Below are positions 32,895-45,440 of a stretch of 64,000 nt of DNA, in pieces; the first letter of the stretch is position 1; each line of letters starts with the position of its first letter. Below the pieces are notes generated by a model. The model saw only the letters and a list, made by a program, of their open reading frames with translations, had not been told where the DNA came from and ran no database searches. Origin of the DNA: the human T2T-CHM13v2.0 reference genome, Homo sapiens; the NCBI RefSeq assembly GCF_009914755.1, contig NC_060929.1, one strand, 5' to 3'. A program made the translations under genes and the position numbers.

Positions 32895-33060
32895 TCTGAA
32901 GCAGTATAACATAGGGGTTATGGTCCTGTCACTTACACAGTGGTGTGAACTTGGGCAAATTACTTTAGCTTGATGCCTCAGTTTTTCCAGCTCTAAAATG
33001 CGAATAGTAATTGGGTGATTATGAGAACTAAATGAGTTCTTACATGTGAAGTGCAAAGTA
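32895..33060 (+). mobile_element. MIR
   Basis: TGTGAACTTGGGCAAATTACTT..TGCCTCAGTTTTTCCAGCTCTAAAATG..TGTGAAGTGC. Confidence 0.7.
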
Positions 33061-33186
33061 AATATACTATAATTTTGATGATGGTCATTATACCAGTTGT
33101 AATATTGTATATTATACAGTAGAACTATTATACTATTGTTATTGTGTTAATACTGCCCAGGCAGAAAGGGATTTGTGTTGGGTGGT

Positions 33187-33410
33187 GTGGCAGGTAGAGT
33201 GGTAGCCCCCAAAGATGTCCATGTCCTAATCCCCAGAATCTGTGAAACGGTTGTTACGTGGCAAAGGGGAATTAAGATTGCAGATGGAACTAAAATTGTT
33301 AATCAGGTGACATTGAGAGAAGGAGATGATACTGGATTATTTGGATGGATTCTATCTAATCAAAGATCATTATAAGAGGGTGGCAGGAGAGCCAAAGATG
33401 TGATGATAGC
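33187..33410 (+). mobile_element. MaLR LTR 5' part (MLT1D/E-like)
   Basis: TGTGGCAGG..CCCCCAAAGATGTCCATGTCCTAATCCCCAGAATCTGTGAA..TGGCAAAGGGGAATTAAGATTGCAGATGGAA. Confidence 0.8.
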
Positions 33411-34564
33411 ATGAAAGTAAAAGAGAAAAAGATAACACCTCCATAAATCAGTAGAAAGTTGGGTCAATAAGTAACGATTCTGGTTCCCCAACTTTTCTGA
33501 CTGAAGAAATCAGTGCTTTAAAACACTGAAGGTAAATAAATAACTTCCAAAGTTTCCAATAGTTGAAAGGAGGAATAGTGCCATGTTAAGTCTCCTTGCC
33601 TGAAATTGGGGGGTTGTGAGGGTGACACCCTTGAAAGTTATAGGGGTCATGATTTAGTCCCATAAGAGTTTAGTTTCTTGCAGAGGTGGCAAACAGCCTT
33701 CATGTTGCGTGTCAACTTTGGTCTGTTTTTTAGGGACTACTGGGAAAGCTGCACTGAGAAACTTGTTATGAGGTCTCACACACATTCAGGTGGAGAGAAT
33801 GCGGCAATGATTAGCCACGTCCGTTATGGACACAGGAAAGAAGCTTTGTTCCATCGTACTACTTGCCATTCCAGGTAGACAGGAACATGACAACAGCTGG
33901 CCAAGGGTCAGGCTAGTCTGATCAGACCTAAACCTAGACTTGTCCATGGGTGTTATCATGCCTTGTGTTCATGATAGCCCTGGATACTTTAACTTTCTCC
34001 ATATTGCAGATTTTGATGTTTCCTTTCATTTTATTTTCAAATGTCTAAGTGAAAAAAAAAAACTTCACTGAAATGTATAGTGTATGTGAGAATCTCTCAA
34101 AGTTTGTTCCTGTGTATGAAAGAAATGCCTCTCCCTGTGTGAAGAAAATCTGAATTCAATCCCAGCAACTCAATTAAGATTTATCCATTTTTTTCCAGGT
34201 TTTCCACTGACAGCCTTCATTCCAGAAGAAATAATATGTATTTTTAGTGGGCTAGCACTGCTAATTGACGTGCTGTGAAATGAATCCAGCCCTCAGATGT
34301 GGTTTTAAAATTGAATTCATCTTCAACCTAAAAGAACTACTAATTATTATGTTAAAATCTGGGTCATCCAATTCTTTTTAAAGAGCTAGAGGTCTGGTCC
34401 AACTTTATCCACATTGGTCAAATGAGCATCCCCATTCTGTTTACATCGAGTTACAAGGAAACATCGATGGCTTTCCTATCTCCAAAAGCAACAAAGAACG
34501 ATAGAACTCAGCACTCTACCTGTGGGGCAGGGGCTAGGCATGAGTTCTAAATTTCATACGACCT

Positions 34565-34722
34565 GTTGGTTGTCACAATTTGTTGGGGAGGTTGCTACTG
34601 GTATCTCCAGAGTAGAGGTCAGGAGTACTGCTAAATATACTACAATGCACAGAACAGTTCCCCCACAGCAAAGAATTATCTGGTCCCATATGTCAATAGT
34701 GCCAAGGTTGAGAACTCACCCC
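34565..34722 (+). mobile_element. MER20 (hAT-Charlie) 3' part
   Basis: TTGTCACAA..TGCTACTGG..TACAATGCACAG..CAAAGAATTATC..ATGTCAATAGTGCCAAGGTTGAGAA. Confidence 0.8.
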
Positions 34723-36589
34723 TTGCTTTAAAGAGTGATTTTGTTAAGAAAAATGAAAAGTCAGACTGGGGGCCTTGCTTTGTTTTCTCTTCTAAAGTTA
34801 ACTGAAAGTAAACAACATTTATGACTCAGGCTACTGCAAAAAGCAGGGAATGGATGACTGTGGTTAGTGACAAAAACAATAATAAATGGCTTTGCCTGTC
34901 TTGTCTCTTTCAGAGTCAGGGAAGGAATGAAATGACCAGTAATTATCATTTAAACTGCTGTTTTTATCCTGCATCAATCAGAGCTATTCATTCTGGTTAC
35001 TCACAGACCCTTGGGCTGAAACCACACTAAATCAGGGTCACAGCCAGTGTGAATGTATAAGGCCACACGTTTTACTCTGCAAGTGTTAATGACCTGGGCT
35101 GAACAGCAATGGCAAGTTTCCATGAAAAAGTCATCTGAGATTGTAATCTAGGAATAAATGGTTCTGTATGGAGCCTATTACCTGGTTTTTAATATTCTGT
35201 ATTCAAGGGGACCACAGCTGTAAACAACTCTTCACTCCCATTTCTCCATGAAGTTAATTTGCACTGTGTCAGCACTGCAGGCTTTTTGCATATGTTCAGG
35301 ACAAGCTGATATGAGCAGGCCTGGAATGAGTAATGTTTAGTAAAATCAATAAACCCTATTATTAGTCACTAAGGGGACTGATTTTATGTCTATAAAAGTA
35401 AAACAATTAGAATGTATTAATGGCAGATTCATCATAGTAATATAATGGAGCCAAGTACACTTGTCTTTTGGGAATCTTTAATTTACCACTCGGTACTGAC
35501 TATATACTCAGCCAGAGAAATGGCACACGTAATATAAATAAGCCCTGGCCTTTGGCAATTCATGTTGTCATCAGCAAAGACAACACTGTAACAGTAAGAG
35601 GAAGAAACAAAACTTCATTTAGTGATTAATGTAAACCAGTCACGAATAATGTTCCAGTAAAAGCCTAGGGGAAGAGCCTATTCAAATTGCAATGTGCTTT
35701 TGGTCATATATCTCTTTGTATTTATCAGCATTCCTGTTTATTACAGGAGCAGAGTTAAACATGGTCCAATGCAGCTATTTATAACCTGTTTACTTAACCA
35801 CCTAATTAGAAGTGATTTTAAAAAGCCTGCTATGTAATAAACATACATCTAGTCATTTTGCAGCTGAAAGGTAAGATTGGCTTCCATATATATTATTAAG
35901 AGCAAGAAAATCATCAGGAATCCACAGTATCACCCAGCTACCAACAAGAACATGAAAATTCAGCTAGTGAAGATGTAAGTTGACCTTAGTTCTGCTTCTG
36001 TGCTTTGACAGTTAAGGGGTTGGTTAAGAACTGGATCAGCATGTAGGCAACCAACAGATACCCTGCCAACTATAGTCTGAACAGAGAAAACATACTTGCT
36101 TAACTGGTATAAGACAAATTACCTCAAGTCTTCAAGGATAATCAAGATGTCGTATAAAAACGAAAAAGCGTTGATAGCTTAAAAATGATGAAAAATATGT
36201 GAAATACTCTTATGTATAGGATTAAACACCACAAACGATATTTTTATAAATAACAGCTTGGATGAAATTCAAAAGAAAAACTGAAAACTAACAGAAAAAT
36301 ATCTTCTTACTGAAATCTATTAAGAACATAGACTAGATGTGTAAGCCAAGCAGCAAAGGCAATACTCTAAGGTGGTCTTTCAAAATCAAGGGAAACATTT
36401 CTTTTTGATTGCAAAATTCTATTCATTTCTGATGCAAAGGCCTCTAGGTAGAACTAACCAAATTATACCAAGACAAATTCCGTCAGCTTAAAGAACTTTT
36501 TAGTAAACCACGTGGTAGCACTGTCATTAGCAATTATAGTAAAATAATAAAAACTTACAGCTGGAATGGAGCACTGAAATCAACCAGTC

Positions 36590-36955
36590 CAAACATACAA
36601 AGCACACTCCCACCTTGGGGCTTCGGTACTTGCTCTTCCATGTCACTGCAGTGGTGTTCCCCCAGATGTCTGCATGGATCCCCCCCATCTCTTTAGTGGC
36701 CACTCTGTTTACAGTTACAAACTCCAGCACATATTCACTATGCCCCACTCCCATGCTTCATTTCTCTTCATTGCATTTATCAACCATCTAACATGCTCTA
36801 TATATTATTCAGATATTTTATGATATGTTTATCCCACCCACCAAAAAATGAAAGCTCCATGAAGACAGGAATTTGTGTCTGCTTTGTTTACTGCAATATG
36901 CCAGAACCCAGTGCAGTGCTTGGGATAAAGCAGGCACTCAGTAAGTGTTTGTTCC
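36590..36955 (+). mobile_element. L2 3' end
   Basis: AAGCTCCATGAAGACAGGAATTTGTGTCTGCTTTGTTTACTGC..GTGCTTGG..CAGGCACTCAGTAAGTGTTTG. Confidence 0.75.
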
Positions 36956-37383
36956 AAGCAAAGAAGGGAGAGAAGAGGCAGTTAAAATTTGGCATAAAAT
37001 ATTCTAGTAAATCAATGTAATGACAGCTAACTGACTAAATGACTTTTTACATATTTTTCCTGTTATCCACATGTCATAACATTTGCATCTTTGAAGTATC
37101 ATTCCATACCATAGAAACCTGTATCTACTAATTTCTAGTGATATCGTGCTCCATGTTTAGGGTAAATACCCTGTAAATGGGAATACATTCACCGAATTAA
37201 ACACACTATTTGGTTGTTATACCTATGTATCCTATAAGAAAAGTTAATATCTGTTTACTGTATCTTATGCATTGGATATTAATAATATTAAGAAACCCTT
37301 CTTTGAAAATTAGAATGACTATCAGCCAGGTAGAAAATAACATGAGACAGACAAGAAGCCATTATTTAAAAAAAAAAAAACTT

Positions 37384-37389
37384 TTTAAT
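37384..37389 (-). terminator. Candidate distal polyadenylation signal ATTAAA
   Basis: TTTAAT on + strand; U/GU-rich sequence downstream on the minus strand. Confidence 0.65.
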
Positions 37390-37937
37390 TCTGATTGCCA
37401 AATTATTTAAGGCAGGTATAAAAAAGGAAAGCATTCAATATACATTTTACATAAAATAAACTAGATTACAGCATAAAACAAGTAACCAGGCAATGGCGTT
37501 AAAGTCTCTCTCTTCTAAAACTGGATAATTGTAAACATTAAAAAAAAAAAAAGACTGTAGAACTATTCAAGTAATAGAACAATCACAGATGTCTCTGGTA
37601 CGCAGGCTATTGGGTTATTTGCCATTCAAGATTATCAAAAAATGACACCTCATTATTCACAGATGCTCATTATTTCCCCATTTTAATCTTTACATTATAT
37701 ACAACACAGTTTTTGTGGTACTGGCAACCCCATGCCTTCCAAAAGTACTTTTTCCACAATACACAAGTACAAACAGTGACTACAGGAACATTTTACACTG
37801 GTGCGTCTTTAACAGGAGCCACCAAATAGACATCTAAATTGTACCAAAGTGTCATCATCACAGTTAGCCTTTCTGAGGGGCTTATGGGAAATATGTGAAG
37901 GATATGCAAGGTTCAGGCACACTGATACATAACATTA

Positions 37938-37943
37938 TTTATT
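37938..37943 (-). terminator. Candidate proximal polyadenylation signal AATAAA
   Basis: Minus strand reads TTGTAAATAAATAATGTTATGTATCAGTGTG; UGUA directly upstream. Confidence 0.45.
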
Positions 37944-38101
37944 TACAATTTTAAAGGAAAAGGAAAAGAAAGTAAGTAGCCTTTTGTGGCTAACACTTTT
38001 TAACATGACAAATACATTTTTAATTTCCTTTACTGAGTGGTTTGCGACGTGGCAGCAGACCCTGTGTGTGCGAGCCTGGTTACTGATACAAAAAGTAAAG
38101 A

Positions 38102-38164
38102 ATATATTTATATTTATATATATATATATGTATATATACAGATATGTATACGTATATATATATA
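38102..38164. repeat. (TA)n-rich tract in 3'UTR
   Basis: ATATATTTATATTTATATATATATATATGTATATATACAGATATGTATACGTATATATATATA. Confidence 0.9.
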
Positions 38165-38346
38165 AAACAGAAGTTTAATTACAGCAACATTTGTTACTCT
38201 GTGATAAAATCTGTAATTTACAAAAATGAAATGACTGGTTTTTGCCTGCCATTAAGGCATTTCAAATTAACACCATGGAACTGATGTCTGTATAAAGCGC
38301 TTCCCCATGTGATCCAGTCACATGACAATGTACATGTCCAATCTTG

Positions 38347-38353
38347 TTATTCT
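38347..38353 (-). CDS. ZNF608: ZNF608 terminal coding exon (last base of Arg, Glu, stop)
   Basis: Acceptor TTTGCTTTTCTTTTGCAG|AGAATAA; phase-2 join gives AGA GAA TAA, C-terminus ...FPGQRRE*. Confidence 0.85.
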
Positions 38354-38396
38354 CTGCAAAAGAAAAGCAAACCTTAGCACACGGTTCTATCAACAT

Positions 38397-39003
<607 letters not shown>

Positions 39004-39579
39004 TCTATCAACATTTGGCACTGTAAACCAGAAAACCATAAGACCGATAGTCTTATTTTAATTCCATTCAAATGTGGAATTCAATTCCAGAGAAAGTGAA
39101 TAAACATAAAGTAATGATATACATTGTGAAAAATATTAATTTTATAATATTAATAATTTAATTCCTTTAAATCATTTTCCTTCATAAAACTTAGGGAATA
39201 ATTTAAAATATCAAAGAACAAACATTACCTTTAGCATTATGAAAATAAATGTCTCCATTTGCGACTTTATCTTTAAACATAATAAAACAAAGGGAGTCAT
39301 GGTGAATTATTTTAGAAATGCCGTAAGGATAACCCAAGAAAATTTCAACTGTCTAAAAAACTAATCAGTTAATTACTAATCTATGTAACCCTTACAGAAT
39401 GAGGTTCATGGAATTTAAGTTGCATGTGAAGCAACTTATATTGGCATAATAAACACATTCATTACAATGATATAAAACCCAAGGAGTTAAGTTTTTGGTC
39501 TAAAAATCCTGTACTTGCTTCCTCCCAACCATTAAGATATTTCTATCTACAACTAATTAAAAATGTAGAGGATATTTAC

Positions 39580-39661
39580 CTTCTTTGTCCAGGAAACATT
39601 CCAGATGCAGATGCCTGGGCAGCCACCTGCTGAGAGGCAACAAGGGCAGCAGAGGTCAAGC
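39580..39661 (-). CDS. ZNF608: ZNF608 penultimate exon ([28 protein letters not shown])
   Basis: TTTTTTCCCCATTAG|GC acceptor, AG|GTAAAT donor, 82 nt, phase 1 to phase 2. Confidence 0.93.
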
Positions 39662-40672
39662 CTAATGGGGAAAAAATGTAGAGTGTCTGTGATCTTTAGA
39701 AGGATAAGAGTAGATACAGGCCCAGTGGAGAAGGGCCGCAGACCTAGTAGCAGCATGGTGTCCTCTCCTAAACACACACATGAACTGTTTCATGCAGCAA
39801 GGACACAGTACAAACCATTTGGTCTATCTGCTATCTATCCTTTCTTGAATACTCTGCAGTTTTCTTAATAGCTATTCGAAGGAGATACAGCATTCCATCT
39901 CTCCGGCTCTGCATGGTGCTAAATGGTTTGCATGCATTCCCTGAATAGGAAGCTCAGGAGAAATAACAGATACCAGGTAACAACAGGAATCAAAAGTCAC
40001 AGTGAATTACAGAAGCGGCATGCTATTTGCCTAGAATACAATACTTTCATAATAATTGTTATCACTTTAACATTTTCCCCAGTGACTGAACACAATGCAT
40101 CCCATAAGATACACAGAATCAGTAAATCAAACTTAGAAATGCTCTTAACTTTCACCCTGCAAGACAAAGGTAGCAGTCAGAGACTGTAATAGCTCCAAAT
40201 GGCATGATGTTGCCTAACAGAGAATTCTTTTAAATTCTATAGAAGACAGTCCTGGGGAAAAATAGAGTAAACAAATGCAAACCTAGGGAAGATTACTGTC
40301 TCCTTCTAGGTCTTTTATTTGGATATATTTTCTTTTCCCAGAGGTAACTTAAGACAGTACAATAACAATAATATTATCTTAAAAGAGACAATTGTTTTCT
40401 TCTCATATATACTTTATTTATATATAGATATAATGTGTTAGACTAGAAATAAAACCTCTTTCTCTTCCAAGTTCTTATTACACTCAATACAAATTGTTTA
40501 AGAAATAGGAAAGCTCTCTTTTAACACTACTAGATGACATCAACTAAAAAGACCTGAATAAATAAAAATGACCCCTTCACATTTGTATATCACTTCCCAG
40601 TTTTGGAAACACCTTCAAACATATTATCTTACTTTCTATTCACACAGTAGCATAAGAGGCAACTTGGCAAGT

Positions 40673-41050
40673 GCAATAGACTAAATTATGTCTCCTCAAA
40701 ATATGTTGAAGCTCTAATCCACAATGTGATTAGATTTGGAGATGGGGCTTATAAGGAGGTAATTAAGGTTAAATCAGGTCATATGGGTGGGACCCTAATA
40801 GGGCATGATTAGTGTCCTTATAAGAAAGCACACGAGGGCTCCCCCCTGCCCCTTCCCCACCCACCAGCTCATGCACAAAGAAGAGGTCATATGAGCGCAC
40901 AGCAAGACAGCAGCTGCACACAAGCCAGGAAGAGAGGCCTGAGCAGACGCTGGCTGTACTGGCACCCTGATCTTGAACTTCCAGCCTCCAGAACTGTGAG
41001 AAAATAAATTCCTGTTGTTTAAAGCCATGCAATCTGTGGTATTCTAGCAA
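40673..41050 (+). mobile_element. MaLR LTR (MLT1A/B-like)
   Basis: CAAAATATGTTGAAG..GGAGGTAATTAAGGTTAAAT..GGCACCCTGATCTTGAACTTCCAGCCTCCAGAACTGTGAGAAAATAAATT. Confidence 0.85.
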
Positions 41051-41698
41051 GTTGTAAAGATGGTGCCACCACCCACCTACTATGAGATGACAAAGATGGG
41101 ACAAATAATACATGCTCAACTAATGAACTACAAGGTGAAGATTCCCTCATATCAATCCTATGGCTTAAAACATGTTTCTCTTTCTCAATTCTCCCATTTA
41201 GTGAAGTCGCAGCAGTGAAGGGCTGTGAAGAACCCTCGAATGAGGTTATAAAAGTGTTAAACCTGATCACATTACTCCCATGATTTCCATGGGAAAAGAG
41301 CAACTTAAAAGGCATGCAGAAATCAGAACAAGTAATTTCACCAAAGCTTCCCACCATCCCTCCCTTTTTCTACAATTTTCCTGAAGTAGATATCTGATCT
41401 TCTGATTGTTATATTCAGTGCCCCAGACACTGGCCACCGCCCTCAGTCTGTGAGATAACAGTAAGCTGCCGATAACATCAACTGGTGACAATTATTAAGT
41501 GGTAGCCATTTCATGTCTCAATAGAATACAAAGATGTGGGAATAGCCTTAGCTGTGTCACTAGAAAATAAGTGTTAAAAACCCTCCTGAGAGCTAATGTG
41601 AACTCAAAGCTCAATATTTTTAAGATGTGAAATGCAATTTTAGCAACTGTTTTCCAAAGCAGAATGGACAAAGACACAGTAATGATAGAGCTGCTGAC

Positions 41699-41852
41699 CT
41701 TGAAAAGGGTCATATTGACCCGGGATTAGCGGGTAACCCATGCCAACGTGGGTGTGGTGGTGCGTGTGCAGGTGCCGCTGGCCGAAGGGGGAGTGGCGAT
41801 CCCTTTCCCTTTCTGCCTCCCGTTCCCGCTCAGCTGTAGCCTTTTCCACAGG
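41699..41852 (-). CDS. ZNF608: ZNF608 exon ([12 protein letters not shown]...[11 protein letters not shown]...YDPFQG)
   Basis: TTTTCTCTTTTCTGTTGCAG|CCT acceptor, AAG|GTCAGC donor, 154 nt, phase 0 to phase 1. Confidence 0.95.
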
Positions 41853-43140
41853 CTGCAACAGAAAAGAGAAATTTTCCCCCTTCATGCTCTGAAAATCAAC
41901 TTTTAAGAGTACTAAACCACCTTTGTCCCTTCGACAATATTGTGTTAATGATTAAAAAGTAAATATAAAGATACAATTCTTTAGTAACTAAAGAGAATTT
42001 CAAAAAACATGCATTAGTTTCAGTTGGAATTAAGCCAACACAAAAGAACTACTCCACCCAAAGTAAACCAAGTGACACCAATGTTTTCCTGAAATGACGG
42101 AAATAAGAGGATTTCTCTCTATATTCATTCATAATTGCAGGTTAAGAATTTACCCAATTGCTTCCCATAAACAACTTTTACAAAATAAGTAGTTTTGGAG
42201 ATATCTTTAAGGTCAAGTTTTCTAATTACACTTGTATTTTGTGGAGAGAACATATCTCACAGTTTTAAACGTGTCTGTATACATTTTGTTCTACTGAAAA
42301 AACATGCTCTAAAGTTATATGCCAACATAAAGCACAAGAAATCACTGTCCTACACCCACATTTTGAATCTCTCAATTTTTGAACTCTCAAAGAGAAGCCC
42401 CCATCCTCCCAAACCATAGTTTGGGGTAAGGATGGTTCATTTCCTATGACTTTCTACCTTTACAGCCTAACCACCCTTTAACTAAAGTTATACTTCTCAC
42501 TTAAAAGAAATCCTTGTACTAAGAAGGAGGACTCAGAAAAAGATTCAGAAATCCCCTTTTCTGGTTTCTCTATAGAGTTTCTGGTAGACTCACACACATT
42601 GCAGATACTATTATTTTAATTTACTTTAAACTCTTTCCTAGCCAAGCACCATCCTATTTTTGTTTAGTCTCTCTTCACAACAGTCTCTAGGACTAGAGCA
42701 GTCACCTTTTTTGGGGAAGAGCCATCTTTCACAGACATTGTATTACTTCAGCAGAGTTAAAGGGACATGACAAAGAGTCAAGGCCAGAAAACAGCAGACA
42801 CAGCTCTCACTCCTAAGCCACATGACTTACTCTTGCAAATGAGCCTCACACTGTACAAGGCTCAAATTTGTGCCTTATTACATGTCACGGGCACTCAGCT
42901 TTGCTCGTGATGAACCCCCAACCATGAACACTGATGATGTGAATATGAAGGGTCAATACAAGTAGCAGAAACCTCAAATCTCTCCAGAAGTCAAGTTAAC
43001 AACAAAGATAAGTGATGCAGATTAGGGAGCTTCTATTTATATCCATGCACATTGATGGGGAGCAGCACATCTGCCTAGATGGGGCTACTAGTTCCCATCA
43101 GTTACTGCCATGTCATTTTGAACCAGATTTTCTATTGTCT

Positions 43141-43442
43141 TTTTTTTTTTTTTTTTTTTTTTTGAGACAGAGCCTTGCTCTGTCGCCCACGCTAGAGTGC
43201 AGTGGCACAATCTCTGCTCACTGCAACCTCTGCCTCTCGGGCTCAAGCAAATCTCCTGCCTCAGCCTTCTGAGTAACTTGGATTACAGGTGCCCACTACC
43301 ACTAGGCTACTTTTTGTATTTTTAGTAGAGACGGAGTTTCACCATATTGGCCAGGCTGGTCTCGAATTCCTGACCTCAGGTGATCTGCCCGCCTCGGCCT
43401 CCCAAAGTGCTGGGATTACAGGCAGTGGCTCACTCCCGGCCC
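43141..43442 (-). mobile_element. Alu (AluS), sense relative to ZNF608 pre-mRNA
   Basis: Long poly-T, full dimer, TSD CAGATTTTCTATTGTCTT on both sides. Confidence 0.95.
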
Positions 43443-43957
43443 AGATTTTCTATTGTCTTAAGAGAAAGAGGTGATCTGAACTTGCATGTAAAATGTCTGA
43501 TTTTTAAAAGGTATCCTGCAAGAAAACATTTTTTGAAAAGCTTGATTTGCCCAAAAAGTCAACAGTTTGTAGCCTCTGAACTACTTACTTACCAAAATTA
43601 TATAAAATATACTCCTCTGTTACCTAATTCCTCAATGTCTTATCAAACATATTTTGCACCAAAAGTTGGTTCCTATGAATTTAAATTTCCACCTAACAAC
43701 CATCCTCCTGGGTAAGCAAGGTATACTAGATTTTGCAACAGAAAAGCTTGCTACTGCCATACGTGCTTTAACAATTTTCTCTCATGTGTGAAAGCGTCTT
43801 ACTTTTGAACGCTCCATTCTTTACGTATTAGGATAAAACAGCATCCTGAAATCACAGCTGGGTTCCGAAACCATTTATATTTCAAGACTGTTCTCTAGCT
43901 TGTTCCCCTTTCTCCCCAAATCACAGTACTTTTAAATAACAACAAAAGGAGGCTTAC

Positions 43958-44130
43958 AGCAGGAGACTTGCTGCGGTATTGGTTAGCATGCTGCTGGAGC
44001 AAATCCAGTGCTTTAGATTCAGTGGTTGTTTTCGTGTTGACGCTAGGGCTGGTATTGACTTTCTCTGTCTCTTCTCTCCCTGACATCTTCCCATAAACAG
44101 GATAATGAAATCCTGGAGAGAGATATGCCC
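43958..44130 (-). CDS. ZNF608: ZNF608 exon ([18 protein letters not shown]...QYRSKSPA)
   Basis: TTTGTTGTTTATCTGCAG|GG acceptor, GCT|GTAAGC donor, 173 nt, phase 1 to phase 0. Confidence 0.95.
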
Positions 44131-44690
44131 CTGCAGATAAACAACAAATGCCACATCAAGTTACAGGCTATATCTTTAAAAAAAATCATTTGGGTTACAT
44201 GAATTTGGGATAAGAGTCAAAGAGATCTTAAAATAGGGGGTTACATTAAGAATGGGCTACATCATCATTAAACTGTGTCTAGCTTCTCCAATTTTCTTCT
44301 CCCAGTTAATTCATCCTGATGAAGGGAGGTTATAAACAGAATTGAGCTTATAGCCATTTCATACATTTACGTGTCCGCTTAAGTGAAAGGAATAGTAACT
44401 ATAATGATTATGACAGTAAGTGCTTAGAATATTTTTATAGGCAATAAAGTATCTGTCAGCCTAACAGCTATAGCAGACCATCAGAGACTATGGAAACTAT
44501 GGCTGAGGATTCTTGACATTTCATTAAAAAAACTTATATTAAATCAGTTTTATCTTTGGGACTTTAAACAGCATAAAAACAAGGAAAACAAATGTCACTC
44601 TTGAAGCTTCTAATTTATCTTGAGTTTTTAACAGCTAATATTTGAACATCGCCTCTTTCCTCCAATATAGTCAGAACCGACAACACGTAC

Positions 44691-45108
44691 CAGGATAACT
44701 GTGCATTAGGACGGGAGAAACAGCCCGGTATGCAGGATGGCTGGGGTCGTACATCTGTGGGTAAGGATAAGCATGCAAGTACTGTATGTATGACTGATGC
44801 TGACTCATGGGTGAGGAGACAGCCACTCTTGTTCCCCGAGAGTCCTTCCAGTTCACAGGAGTCTTTCGATCATCATTTTTCAGCTTGCTCTCCTCCATTG
44901 ATTGAGAATCAGGATGCTTGGCCTCTTTGGGCTCCTCTTTAATGCTTGTTAACGATACAGGAAGGCTGGGCACACCACTCTCTTTATTAGGAGTTTTCCT
45001 CGGACTATCCTCTTTTAATTTCTTCTCTCTATCAAGTTCTTCTGACTTTTGCTGATCCAGATATTTGGGCTGGTATACATAATGATGCCATGTTCTTGAA
45101 TCTGGGTC
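44691..45108 (-). CDS. ZNF608: ZNF608 exon ([16 protein letters not shown]...PVLMHSYPG)
   Basis: ATCAG|GAC acceptor, CTG|GTACGT donor, 418 nt, phase 0 to phase 1; within ORF 44671..45141. Confidence 0.93.
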
Positions 45109-45224
45109 CTGATTTTTTTGTTTTAAAGAAAAAAAACCCAACAGATTTGTTTTAAAATTTCAATTTTAAAGAAAACTTGTTAATAATCATGACAGCACTA
45201 GCACTCTTAATTTTAATGCTAAGT

Positions 45225-45440
45225 TGACATTTATTTCTGTGCTAGACACTGTGCTAATTGCTTTACCTCCTTCTCTTACAAAGTAATAATGTCCCAGGTA
45301 GGCATTATTACTGATCCCCTGTACAGAAGATAAAACCAAAGTGTTTAAAGTTCAGGCAACATCAAGGTCATGCTGCTGCCCAGTCGTGGAGCTGGGCTTC
45401 AAACTCAGGTCTGCTGAAATTCAGAGCTGGGCCCTTAATG
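45225..45440 (-). mobile_element. MIR
   Basis: ACATTTATT..GTGCTAGACACTGTGCTAA..AGGTAGGCATTATTA..CAAGGTCA..GGAGCTGGGCTTCAAACTCAGGTCT. Confidence 0.75.

Larger units (their letters stand above)
37360..38346 (-). other. ZNF608: ZNF608 3'UTR (non-coding part of the terminal exon; distal end approximate)
   Basis: Follows stop TAA; free of interspersed repeats, AU-rich; ATTAAA at 37384-37389 followed by U-run and GU-rich GGCTTCTTGTCTGTCTC. Confidence 0.8.
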
